Source: Ramazzottius varieornatus
Taxonomy: Eukaryota; Animalia; Tardigrada
DNA: 64,000 nt
NCBI GenBank assembly: GCA_001949185.1
Contig: BDGG01000009.1
Location: 981,624 to 1,045,623, forward strand
Direction of reading: 5' to 3'
The notes under the pieces were generated by a model. It ran no database searches and was not told the origin of the DNA. It saw only the letters and a program-made list of their open reading frames with translations. Both the position numbers and the translations under genes were made by a program. Positions 50,301-63,548 of the stretch are shown here, piece after piece (position 1 is the first letter of the stretch; each line of letters opens with the position of its first letter).

Positions 50301-52781
50301 GACATGACTGGCTCACCTACAACTCCCCGTAGCTGCAATGCTATCTTGTCCGATGGTGGTAAATGACATTTACCTTAGACGAACTGTGACGGACTTCCAA
50401 CTGTTCTGTCCACTCGATCACCAGCCATTATTTTCTCCAATCATGTCTCGATCAAATTAAATGAAGTTGGGAGACGAGAAGGGCAGATCTAGAGGACATT
50501 GTCTGGCTTGAGATATCGGAAATGTGTCGATTCATTTGTGGGGACAAGAGTTGACGCGACGCATTGAAAGCAGTGTGAGGTGGTTGATTATCTCTTCCAT
50601 TGTTGCAATATCTTCAACACAGACACACTCGTTATGAAGATGAACAAAGACAAAAGGTCATGAGGAGTCTGCCATTAGAATGGGAGAAGAGGACTGAAGG
50701 TGGTAATTGAGTTTCGGGCTCATGGACAGATCGCACTGAAATGCAAACGACACCATATGGACCGAATAACGAACACCCAATATGGTTCCTTCACATAGAA
50801 ATCGAGGCACTATTTGGTTGAAGGTTACGGTAAGCTAGCCTGGTTTCTATCTTGAAGCTATCCTGCGATATGGGCCGTCAGAACAGAAACCAATGGGGAG
50901 CCAGAAGGCCTGTGTGGTGTAAGAACTATGGTTTCTATTTTTAGGGGGATTTCTGAACATGGACAGATGATGGTGCTACTGTTGGTGAAAATTAATGAAT
51001 TCGCGAGAGGTTGGCCGCAGCAGGGTGGACGAGACGGCATGGGGTGCTAAACGACTGGTCCACCTGGTGAGTGCGAATTTCTTGCGCTGATTTGGATTAG
51101 CCGGAACCCAGCGGTGCTCTACGGACCTCTACCTCAACTGCTCCTCATTTTCTCCTTCTGGCTTCTCTGTCTTCAAACAAATTGTCATGGATATTCTTGT
51201 AAGCAGTCTTCGCACCAAGCCCTTTTTCTCAATGAACCCCGCGTCGTTTCTAATCGCACCCCGCGTTTAGAAAATCCATTCTCCAGCCGTCTGCCGTACG
51301 CGTATCCATAAGACGCTGGTCTGAGGTTCGCTGAGGCCGCCTCGTTATCAGGGAAGTTGTTGACGAGGGAAGATCTTCTAGCTCGTTTCAGAGCATAAAA
51401 GATGCCAAACGCCAAACGAAGTCGACCAGATCGCGCTTTTCCTAGTGACGCACGCTTCCAGCCGAAAATCACTGTCAAAGTGCGTCACTTAGAGAAACGA
51501 TCATGCCAAATTTGTTTTGCCGAGTAGCGCACGTTCTCATTGTTATTGGCTGGAAGTCTGCGTCACATTAGGGAACCCTCTGGTCGACTTCGTTTGCCGA
51601 GTTCCCAGACACATTTCACTCCCCGTGTTGTAAAACTTGAAACTTGTGTGTGTCCTTTTATAGCCCATATGAAGACAACGGGGTGTCGTGAACTGTACGA
51701 ACCATCTTGTGGTGGGTTTATTATCTTTGTGAACAACAAAGTTCACGGCATTTTATCGTTTCCATATTTACTCTGACCTCTTGAGAAAGGAAGATATTCT
51801 CCAAGTCTATTTCGACCGTGAGGAACAACCACTGAAATTTAGATGGATACGTTTTTCATTAGACGCAGATGTCAATGGTCGAAGATTCAAGCCAAGCTGA
51901 GAGCGGGATGGTTATGAAAGAACGGCACGGGGTCTCCTGCCGTTTCATTAAGGCGGAATTTATATAAAGCTGGGACAGTATCACATTTAATTTTCTTACT
52001 AATGGCTTTCCGGGATAGCATATCGCTTGTATACATTGGGAATACTGGTTGGAAGTGAAGCATGCGAAAGAGAAAGGGTGCAGCAGCTGTATACGTGAAT
52101 GAATTCCAAGCGTCGGTTCCGTCGCGCAGCATGGTGTGTTTTCTTTTGAATGAACCGAGGGGATTTCTTCGGCCGGGATGATTGTAGTGTAGCATCCTAA
52201 AGGTCTTGCTTACTCAAATCTGCTAAGCGGTAATGACAGGAGTTTACAGAAGGTGTCGAGCCTCTGGTAATAACGGGGTTCCTTGCTTCGTGGCCTGCTT
52301 TCTCTCGATGGGATTTTTTGACTAATATCCAGGTGTGAGAATAGGTTCCAGCTTATCACATTGGTTCACTGCGATTTCTATCATAATCTTCCCCCCGTAA
52401 TGCGAAACTCAATCCCCCAGTTCCTCGAACAGATGCCATCCATGGCCAGATCGTTAACGATATCTTATCCTCTCTTTGAACAATCTTAATTGCTTCTGTA
52501 TTGTCAGCACCAGTTCTCTTAATGGGCTTTTTGCAATCGCCTGTCAAATCTAACCAGTAACATATGAGATATTGTGCAGGCTATACTTTGCCCCACACGT
52601 TCGCACCGATCGCGCCCAGGCATTCACAAGTAATTAGAGAAGCATTCAATCAAGACATATCTGCCCCATTATCAACGGATATGTCTCACTCGTTAACCTA
52701 CCGGTATCCATCACGGCGGGTTTTTTTCATGTGATTGATTTCCTCAAAATTTTTTGTAACGTCAACTGCGAACGCGGAAGT

Positions 52782-53027
52782 GTTCGGCAAACAAACTCGA
52801 CCAGATCGTCTTCCCAAGTGGCGCACCCTCCAACCTTTTATAACTAGGAATGTGCGCCACTTGAAGACTCTATTTTTTCCAGTTCGCAATTTTCCAGTTA
52901 GACGGGCTGAGAGCGTGCACGACTAGAAAAACAATTGATCGACTTTGTTTAGCGAAGTGGCGCATGCTTTCAGCCAATAACACCGGCAACGTGCGTCACT
53001 TGGGAGAATGGCCTGGACTGAGCTCCC
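52782..53027. repeat. Family A trimer (three hairpin units)
   Basis: Three units (the middle one degenerate) between TTCGGCAAACAAACTCGACC and GAGCTCCC. Confidence 0.8.
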
Positions 53028-56000
53028 ATTCACTGCTAATATCTAAAACTCTCCGCAAAATAAAAGCTCAAGTTGGATAAAAATTATGATAGCACGTGGG
53101 AGATTGTTTGTCTTAGGGACCCAACAAAGGCCCGAGAGGATAATACACTGGCGAAGCGTGGAACTGGGTTCATTATTTCATTTCTTTTCATGTGCAAGGG
53201 CATGGAATTGCTCGTTGTCAAACAAGGAAATGGTATTATGATGGAGATGGTTTGTATAGGCTCGAGGACAATGAAACTACCTGCAATGGTGAGCAATGGT
53301 TCCTCCTCGGTAAAGTGAAATAAGAATGGGCAGTTATGGCTTTGTTCTCCCTCGTAAAATGTCCTTCCTTTACCTGTTTCGATCGCGCAGTCAAGTGTTG
53401 TGGCGCATCGGACCATCCTATGAAATTTCTCACGAGAGGCCTTTCTTAAGCGTTTTATTTCGGATTCATTCCACCATATTATAAAAATATAAAGAAAACT
53501 GCGGCCTGCCAGTCAAAGGCCAGAAAATCAATTACCGGCACTTGATGTTCCATATTTAATTGCACGACTGTTTTATGAGGGTGTCATTATGTTGAAAGAT
53601 GAGAGATTGGGTGGCGGAGTAATTAAATATCTCTCACAGGTTTTTCTTCCTTTCTGTTTTCTCTCTTCAGGTTAACAATTGACACCCCGCCATCCGAATT
53701 TGACCGGACTGTCTTCCGAAGTGGCGCACATTTTTACTGTTATGGGCGCCACTTGAGAAAACGAGCTTGTCGAGCTCAGCCGTTTTTCCAAGTGGCGCAC
53801 GTCTCTAGCCGAAATAACCGGTAACGTGCGCCACTTGGGAAAGCGACTTGGTTTGGTTCATTTGACCTGCGAAGGACCTTATGTATCATCAGGTGGAATG
53901 ATGCGCCCAGGGAAGATGGATGGTAGGGTGGAAGAAGGAAGAGACGGTCTTTGGGTGGCCGGGGAGAAAAATTCTGCATATTTGTCCCGTGAAGAGAGAT
54001 AAGGTTGATGAGGGGAAGTATGACAGTGAATGTCCGAGCGAAGGAAGAGACCACGGCAGCAATTTTGATAAATGCTGGGAGGGCTGGAAGGTTGATTTGA
54101 GAAATTGTCAAGAGGACAAGAATAATGACGGTTATTATGCTGCTAGCTAGCTGCTGTAAGGATGAGCTAGCTTCCCTGTTCCGTAAGGTGGACATCTAGA
54201 CAGGTCAGGAATGGCAGCTCGAGTTCTTCTTCCATTTAGAGAGGGAATACCTTTTCCTTGTCCGTTAAGGTGGCAAAATACTCTCGTGGCTGGAATGAAA
54301 TGACCGACCGACCCGCGGAATGGAATGGGGACTGCCTCTCATCAAACGCAGTCATTACGCTGACAAACCATCCTGAATAAGGTGAAACAATACTGTGCAT
54401 ACTTTCATTGTCTGTGATTGTCCAGGCAATTGTACTGTTAGCAGTCCGCGACATATTAAGAAAATCTCGTCAAGTGTACTGTCTACTTACTCCTCCTTTT
54501 TGTCTGCCGTAAAACATATTCTTGTGAGGGAGACTCTCTGTAAAGGGCGCAGAGTTTCCTTATGGCTTTATGGTTGATATTAATTGCGGTATGGATTTCA
54601 GGTAGTGAAGCAGCCATCGACCGGCGCCCGGAGGAAGAAACAAATTAACGGTGAACGCTCTAACAGATTTGCAGAGACGATAGCAGCTCTAAAGTGTGAG
54701 GAATGCCGCATCTCGTTAGCGTTCGAGTCTCTTGAGTCTTGACAAGGAGAAGTTTGCGCGATGATCGTCGTGTCAGCGCCGTTATTTGCCCTGAGGGCGT
54801 AATGAAGAAGAAGATCCGATATGGCAAAACAGTTTCGAGACAAGCCTTTTCAGTTTTCATACAGTACGAAATGAACGCACGGCAAACGAACTCGGCTACA
54901 TCGTTTTCCCAAGTGGCGCACGCTGCCAGTCAGTATAGCCGACACCGCAAGCCACTGGGGAAGATGATCTGGTCGAAGTTATTTCCCGCGCTCCCCTATA
55001 TTTTTGTACTGGGGCTGTGTTCACAGTGTTCTGATCAGGTCGAGTAGCTTCGATGGTAGCAAGAAAATCGGTGTTTCTCAGCACACATTTTTGTGGTGTT
55101 GAAAGCTCGGTTACATGTCCACATCCTGTATTGTGACAAGTGTGCATCAGAGCCTCGTATATCAAGGACAAATCACTAGTTAACGCTTCCTTGTCACTGT
55201 TGTTTTATTTGTGCTGGTTGATGATTCTTCTCACGAGCTAATTGACCGGTGTTTGGTTTCCTTCGACTGTAACATAAGTTCGGAACACGGCAGACAAGGT
55301 CGTTCGGATCGTCGTTCCAAGTGGTGCACCTTGTCGGTGATTTTGGCCGGAAGCGTGCGTCGCTCAGAGGAGGATCTGGCTAACAGTTTTTACTGCGTTC
55401 TCAGTCATCTACTCTGACATCGCAGAAGTCTTCATTGAATAAGATGATTGTCCGGGAAGTTTAAATTCATAATTCAGAACTGGTCTTAGAATGCAAGGAG
55501 AGCAACACGGTGTACTTCCTTGTCGAAGAACGGGAATGCTATACGGGAGACCCGTACAGTACGACGGGCGCAGCTTGATGTGGGCGAATGGGCGCGTCCG
55601 AGGGCATTATATGACGGAAGAAAGCTTAAAGTATTGAGCAGTGACTTGTAAACGTATATATGACGGAGATTAGCTCGACACCTATTGTCAATAGGCAATA
55701 GCAGAGTAAATTTTGCAAGCCTAAACCGGGATTAGGATTGACGGACGCAAGTCAATCCTGGCAAGCGGCATTATTGACTGCCGACTATAGTCATTGAAGA
55801 TCGTGGCATCAAAATGCCTTACCGAATCAAGCGACGCGACGTCTTTTGATGAGCAGCAGTCAGGAATGGAATTGGATCAAAATATCAATCCTTCACCTTT
55901 CCTCCCGCGTTCTGACAGCAACTCGCTTTTACGTGACACCAAACTGCCCAGAACTTTTACGCACAGGCGTGTTAGGAACATCGGCAAACAAGCTTAACTA

Positions 56001-58180
56001 AACCGTTTTCCAAGTGGCGCACGTTCTTCGCGGAGAACACAGAACTTGCGCCACTTAGGAAAACACTGAGAACTCGACAAGACCGGGTTCTCAAGTGGCT
56101 TACGAAACCAGCAAGGAGCACTAAAGACGTGCGGCACTTCATGAAAACAATTTTGTCAGGTTTTGCGTATGTTTTCGTGAAGAGAAATGCCGGTGAAACA
56201 CTCCCGCGATTTTAATAAATATTTATCGCTGTTTACAATAGAAAGAAATCTGATGTTTTGTCATTATGTCTGCTGACTCATTATGAGTTCAGATTGTTTG
56301 GTTATTGGATATGTGAAACGGTCTAATTGAGCTCAGCTTGTCGGGACATTATTGCCGCATGTAATGACGCCAGGCTTCAACAGGGCTCAAAACTTTTGAT
56401 ATAGCGTAATTGCGACTTCCTGTTGTGCTTGACTTTCTTGCTTGTTTTCCCACTGCTGTGAATGTCTGATTGCACTGATGGCTCCTACAATGCGACTCGG
56501 GTATTTTGGCAACCTTCACTGTGACTATGCGCTGATTTACGATGTGGGCGTCACAAAAAACGACAAGCAACGTCGGTTGCTGCCGTAATTGATATTCAAT
56601 GAAAAAACGGCACACTTTTTTTATGACAGCATATTTCATATCAAGACACTTCCGTTCTATGCTAAGATAGCTCGAGAAATTCCGCATTCGGAAAACAGTT
56701 TTCGACGATCGAAATCATGCTGTCTTTATTGGGTCTTATTTATTAGGCCAATATTGAGCTGCAAGTTACAGAAAACAATTGGACACGATCGTTTTCAAGC
56801 TGCGCATTTTACAAGTGTTACTGGCTGAAACGGTGCGCCAATTGAAAAATCGATCTGGTCGAGTTCGAGTGTTTTCCCAAGTAGCGCGCGTTTGCGGTGT
56901 TTTTGGCTGGTTGCGTGCGCCGCTTGGGAAAAACGAGCTTGCCGAGTTTGCTTGCCGTGCTCCCAAATACTGCAGAAATCTGGTCGATCCTGGCAAAGCT
57001 CGTGTGATGGAATGCCAGCATGCAAAGTTCCTCTGCCGAGAAGGGCTGGATGTATCCTGCAGTTCTTGCAGCCACAATGAAAATGGAAAACGATTGGATG
57101 CTTCCGGTTGAAGGGCGTTTACTAGCTGCTGTTCCTGCATCACGGAATGTTGAATTCAGAGTAGAGCAAATGGCGAGCTCCTGCTGCGACATGAAGTCTT
57201 GCGGGGCCGAGGCAGGACCATAAAGTACCCGCTGTAAAATCTATATATACTGGGGATGTAAACTGAACCTCGATCAAAGACACATGTACCGTAAAAGATC
57301 AAACCATCGAACCATAAAGAACGAGAAACTTTTGATCAGTACAAGGTTTCCAGACGAACGTCAGGCTTTCTCGTTATGGGCGTGGTGGGACTTGTGGGTT
57401 CTTCGGTTTTCGGAGAATCCGGGTGACCTTTACCTAGCTAGATTTATGTTCTCAAGGCTAGAACAATTTGTAGAGAATATTTTTTATCCATGAAATTTCA
57501 AAAAACTTCAAACATGACTCGCACTTGTTTTAGTTTTATGGCTTAGGGCATAACGGTGGCGCTGTTTATACGTGCTGTGAAAACGTTAAGTGTACAGTCT
57601 ATGGTTAGCTTCAAGCGGTGTAATGGAAGGCAATACCATGCTACCGGAAGGAGTTGCCTTGTGCTTGGTTTGAACGAATGAAAAGGGCGGAATGGGTGCA
57701 TGTCGTTGATAGAGGCTCAGCGAGCCGTCCTCTCAGGGTTGGATCTGCTACTTGCGGCGCACAGTAGGTCCAAAAGCTGCGGTTGACGAGCGCACAGTTA
57801 GGCATCCCTCCGAGTGAGCTTCACAGTCAAACAGTGTGGCTCTTTGGTCTCTCCTCCAAGCGGGATTATTTTGTTACTTGCTCCCTTACGTTCCGTGTTG
57901 TGGTTAACCCACGCTAAGCGCCGATCCCCTGGTCGCCCGATCACGGCTATACAGACAAGTGGAATACTCACGGCTTCAAGTTGGCAGTTGGTCCAGTTGG
58001 GCATCTCTTACTTCCCGTAAGCTTCAGCAGTGGTGACACACCAGGCATCATGTTCGCTTCTTTTATCATAGTCGACTAGCCCATGCCGTTCATCCTGCAG
58101 CGCGACCCCGTGAAGTATCCTTGAGCTATCCTAAAGTTCCCGCCGATCACCAACTCAATCTTCCTGGTCTCCATCTGACC

Positions 58181-61100
58181 ATGAATATCAACGCTTATTC
58201 TTCCCACTCGCAGTACAGTCCCTATGATACCACGCACGCTAACCCGTATGCGGCGGCGGCTGCCGGGTTTCCCTTTACGCGACGCGATCACACTTTCCCA
58301 CATCACGCCATCGACCCCACCATCAACCATGCTAACTCCGCACTACATTTTCAACCGGCCTCAACCTTTGTTCCTTCGCACTGCGCCGACAGCTTCTTGC
58401 CAAAGTTTAGCGACTATGAATTACAAAATTCCAGGTGAGAAAGAATGCTTCGCCTTATTTGGGACGTTGGCAAACAGACTCACCAAGATCTGTCTTCCAA
58501 GTGGCACACCCGTTCAGTCAAAAACACCGAAGACATGCGCCACTTCGGATTTTAGCAATATCGTTCGTCCAAGTGACGCATACTTCCAGCCCATAACAAC
58601 GGAGATGTGCGCCACTTGAATTACTGATATCATTTGCCGACGCTCGATTTTGTTTTGTTGGTTCTGGTTCAGATGCATAAATTTTAAGAAAAAATTTTAG
58701 TTATTATCTTTTTTAAGTTGGTAACCTGAGATTTTGCTTGAAGGTTTTCCAGTTTTCCGACTGGACATGGCGACATGTACGGCCGTGATCCGTTTATGCA
58801 TCCCTACTCGGGGTTCGCCCGTTTCATTCGGCCCGGTCAGCACCTGAAGCAGGAGGTGCGCTGTTTATGGATCGATCCGGAGCAGCCCAACCCGAAAAAA
58901 CCCTGCAATCGGCTGTTTCAGTCGATGAACGAAGCGGTCAATCATATCAATCACGAACATGTCCCCGGACCGGATAGTGGCATCCACGCTTGCCTCTGGC
59001 AAGATTGTCCACGGGGTGGAAAAGCATTTAAGGCCAAGTACAAACTTGTCAATCATATCCGTGTCCATACTGGAGAGAAGCCATTCCAGTGCAATTTTGC
59101 CGGCTGCGGTAAACTCTTCGCCAGGAGTGAGAACCTGAAAATCCACAAACGGACACATACAGGTAAAAATTCACGACAGTTCAAATTTCAACTTTACAAA
59201 CTGATCGGCCGGTCTCAAAAGCTTTTTGTGAACTTAGATGAATATCCGGGTCGCTGATGACCTTTCGGCCAGGATTACTACATAGTAATATACATTTGGT
59301 AAAATAGGTCTGAATCAGTGTTATTTTAATCATTATAATAGGAAATCGACTTTGATAATTAAATTCGTTTTAATTGTGCGGGTTGGCGTTCTTGATTGAT
59401 TGATCCATAATAGGAAATCGAATTTTAATTTTAATAATGGAAATTCGTCAGCGATAATTAATTTTACTTGCAGTCAGCTGATCACTTAGATTCAACATTA
59501 GCACGTGACTTTTAATAATTTCAATTGCATAGTAAAATAACACTGGTCTGAATTCAGGCACTGCAATAACAGTGGCGCATGAATATTATTATTAGGAAAA
59601 TAATCTTTGCAGTCTATTAGCCGGGAATTGTCCGGAGTTAGTCTATTAAAACGGATTTACCTGAAGTACTCGATTCATCTGAATGGTGAGCCCATTATAC
59701 TACCCAACAAAACGCAGACAAAACCCTCTTTTGAAATACCATTCAAGTATTCACGGCTGATGATCTTAGGAAGAACTTTTGTAATAATAGCTAAAAGAGG
59801 CAGTTGAGTGTATATCCGCGCCAAATCGCATAGAACAGTTAGCCAGCAAGACAAAATGCTTATCGATATTGGGCGACACGACAAGGCATAAAAATAGTCT
59901 TGTTGAAAACAAGATGTAATTTGACGCTAAATTACAGCCTCTTATCTTGACCATCCGATCGTCGAGAATCAACCGCTTCGACGAGCATGTTGACTCGACA
60001 ACCAGCATCATTCACTTGATCTCGTCACATTAATTGCTGAATTATCAATATATTCTCCTACCATCATTTCTACCCATTTAAGCTTTGCTCGAATCTGAGA
60101 AGTCACAATATTGGACCGAAACTTCAAGTTTCAAAAGTCTGTCTATTTTACATCGCTTCGAAGACCCGAGCGAATACTTCATGGTCTAGTCGAGAAGAAA
60201 CGAGGGTTCTCGATACTCGTACAACTTGATTTCTGTTTTTTCAACCATGAATTCACTCATACGCGTGTTGCGCTGGATGAAAAAGTCACGCAGTATTAAT
60301 GGTTTTTGCCGTGAATTTCTGATTTGGGTAGGACGAAGAAGAGAAGAATATTCCCAGTGGATTATCAAGCTAGTTTAATGCTGCATGATATTGCGCTGTC
60401 GGAATCTGGGAGCTCGGCAAGGCAACTCGACCAAGTCGTTTACCAAAGTGGCGCACTCTTCCCGCCAATATGAGCCAAAAGATGCGCCACGTCGGCGAAC
60501 GAACTCAGCAAGATTGTTTAGCGAAGTGGTGAACGTGCGTAGTGATAAAGCCTAGAAGTGTGCGTCACTTGGGAAAACGGTGTGGTCGGCTCTGTTTCCC
60601 TTGCTCCCAAATAGATTCAAGAGGAAGAAGATATTTGATGCCTTTTGGGACGTTGGGCAATAGCTGGAGGTTTGATGGGACTTTGATTGTATCAGTTAAG
60701 GGATAAATTTAGCGTGATAAACGATTGTTGGTACAGATTCAATGAAGCACTTAATCGATCTATCAGGATCTGTAGACTGTGCGCCGTCGCCCATCATCCA
60801 ACTCTAACCAGCACCCACATTGTTTCAATTAATTAAGTCTCGATCTATCTTCTCTTGAGCTGGGCCACTTCTTCACTTCGTACAATTTATGGCACCTCGA
60901 TGCAAGAATGGCCTAGCGGGCAGGAAAGGCAGCCAAACGAACGTTTGACTTCGATTAGCACTGCACTACCATGTCGCCAAACGTAATAACGAACCAGCCA
61001 TTAAAACAATGCTAGAAACGTGTCCGCCACTTGCTAAAGACATTAGGCTGGACAAGTGCAAACTTCCATAAAATCCATCAGCGTTATATTGCCCACATAT

Positions 61101-61909
61101 CGATACGCTTCTTGATGAGAAACCACGCCTCAAAGGTCACACAGATCTGTTTCCACTAAAGCACGGTAAAATCCATCAGGCGTAAAAACCTGAAATGTTT
61201 CGGCATATTATTCAACTTTACAATCAAAAACATGACCAAAATATTATTCACGACATGGATAAATTTTCCCCTGTTAAAACTGTTTCAAAAAGAACCCAAT
61301 TCGTAATAAGACCCATTTCTAAAATTGGACTGTCAGAAAATTTACAGAGCTTTTTTTCTTATAGGTGAAAAGCCATTCAAGTGCGAGTTTCTGAACTGTG
61401 ACCGGAAGTTTGCCAATTCCTCTGATCGCAAGAAGCACATGCATGTCCACACCAGCGACAAGCCATACACCTGCAAGGCCAGTGGTTGTGACAAATCCTA
61501 CACCCATCCCAGCTCCCTACGGAAGCACATGAAGAGTCACGGCAAGTCACCGTCGCCCACTCCCGACAACTGCCACGACGGCCCCAGCCGAGGTGCCAGC
61601 CCCATTTCCGCCGGTTCTTTCCAAACCAATTCCTCAAAGTCCAACCAAAGTCCGACACACCAGACTCAACAACAGTCACATCAACCCATCCAACAGCAAC
61701 AACAACCGCCATCACAACCGCATGTCCATCAGGCTTCCTCGCACCTCCTTCCGCCCAGTATGCAGCATCATCATCATCAACAGTCCCTTCTCCCTTCACA
61801 CCATCAGCCACACAGCCAGTTGATGAGCCACCATCATCAATGGTACGCGGCTAGTTTGGGAGCGGCCGGCCAACCAGCCGGCTCCATGTACTCTTCCACG
61901 CACTATTGA
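58181..61909 (+). CDS. Zic: Zic/odd-paired C2H2 zinc-finger transcription factor (~402 aa). Exons 58181-58434, 58753-59162, 61365-61909
   Basis: ZF-NC region [22 protein letters not shown] and five Zic fingers ([36 protein letters not shown]|[38 protein letters not shown]). The phase-1 intron between ZF3 and ZF4 sits at the position conserved in bilaterian Zic genes. Confidence 0.95.
59316..59545. mobile_element. AT-rich hAT-type MITE (230 bp) in Zic intron 2
   Basis: 13-bp TIR CAGTGTTATTTTA / TAAAATAACACTG and a perfect 8-bp TSD GTCTGAAT (59308-59315, 59546-59553). Confidence 0.85.
60408..60608. repeat. Family A dimer (two hairpins, ~200 bp) in Zic intron 2
   Basis: GGGAGCTCGGCAA ... TTGCTCCC ends enclose two GTGGCGCA/TGCGCCAC-type units. 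Confidence 0.88.
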
Positions 61910-63548
61910 TTCCATGCGTGAAGAGCACGGGGCCCAACAGGAAGAAGCCTGCGTGTGGATACACACCAAAAATATACTCCAGTTTTCATGCGTGCGGAAT
62001 TTCGCGCCCGTCGTTCCTGTACCGTTGACTGTGTTGAGAGTGCGCCGCTGCCCCGTTTGAGCGGCGCACGGTTCGCGTGACATGTTGGCCGTGTGTGCCA
62101 CGGGGACAAATGGGCGCCTAAATGAAAGTCATTTCCGGCCGGCACTAGCTGTAATAGCCAGACGTGTCCTCTTTACATACTTTAGTCCCTTTGAATTGGA
62201 AATTGTACTATACACGACGACTGTGTAATGAATATAATGAAAATCACATCCTCTCATTTTCTGGTTCAAGCCTCCCGTTTGACTTTGCGCGCGCTGAATA
62301 CTCAACTGCGCCACAAGTGAATATGCATTCCTTTCTCTTAATTTTGCCTGCGACTGTTCTTACTGGCTCTTCATTGAATGATGCTTGCCGAACATTAAAA
62401 TATGCGTGATGAATACGGCTGACAGTTTAACAGTGTTGATAGCAGGGTATTTCGATGGCGGCTCCTTGCATGTCGTACAAGGAAGTTTATGGCAGCCAAA
62501 GGCTTTGGGTAGCCATCGATATTATAAACTGTGTATATTGACGTGGCCAAATTGATCAGTGTTTAGTAAGATGAGGCGGCTTCTTGTGCATCTGGCGATG
62601 ACCATCGTCAAGGGATAATCGTTTCATCAGGCTGATCATTGCCAGAGGAAGATATTTCATAATTACACTCAACCGAAAGGCGGCGACTTGTGATCGGGTT
62701 TCTCTTTCGCGAAAGCTATCTTGTATCAACTGGTTACAAGAATGCTTTTGATAATTTGCGAGCTAGGTAAATCAGCTCGACCAGATAGCTTTCCCAAGTG
62801 GCGCATGTTTACAGTGTTACTGGCTGGAAACGTGCGGTACTTGCGAGAACAATTTTGCGAGTTTGAATTTCGTCCCAAGTGGCGCATTTTACATTGTTAT
62901 CGGCTGGAAACGTGCGCCACCTGAAAAAAGGACCTGGTTGCGTCTGTGTAAGTCCCATGTATGGATCGGACGCCGAAATTTCTGCACTCTTTGACGTGTG
63001 TCGGTTGGTCTTGAAAGGAATTCAATCGTTGGTCAATTAAGAAATTTAATAAAACCGCTGGTGGGTATTGATATATCTTTCGAGTCCTCTGCACGATTAA
63101 CGCTTACAATCTTGCTTATTAACGAGATCCAGCTTGCCACGATTGACGAAGCAAGCCGTATCTCATAGCTTTGATGTATGATACTAAATAAATAGTGAAG
63201 TGAATCAAAATGCAGTTGGGTACTGTACTACTTGGTGAACTCACCAGACAAGTCTGTTGCATGCTGATGTTGCTGCAAACACGCCACTTGGTCCTTGTCA
63301 TGTCAAGGTTTCTCGTTGTGCTCATACTGTGAAAAGCTGATATCTGCTGATTCTGAACGCCTAGTTTTTCTTATTAATATGTATTTGCTTACAATCTATA
63401 AGCCAGTTTTTGTTTGCTTTGTGAAAAACCTCCCCGGAAATATTTATAAAATTTGCATTTGACGTAACATCCCTACCTTGGCGATCCTATAAGCACAGCT
63501 GTCTTTCAAACTGCCGAGAAGCCAATTTATTGCAGAAGAAAATCAGAT

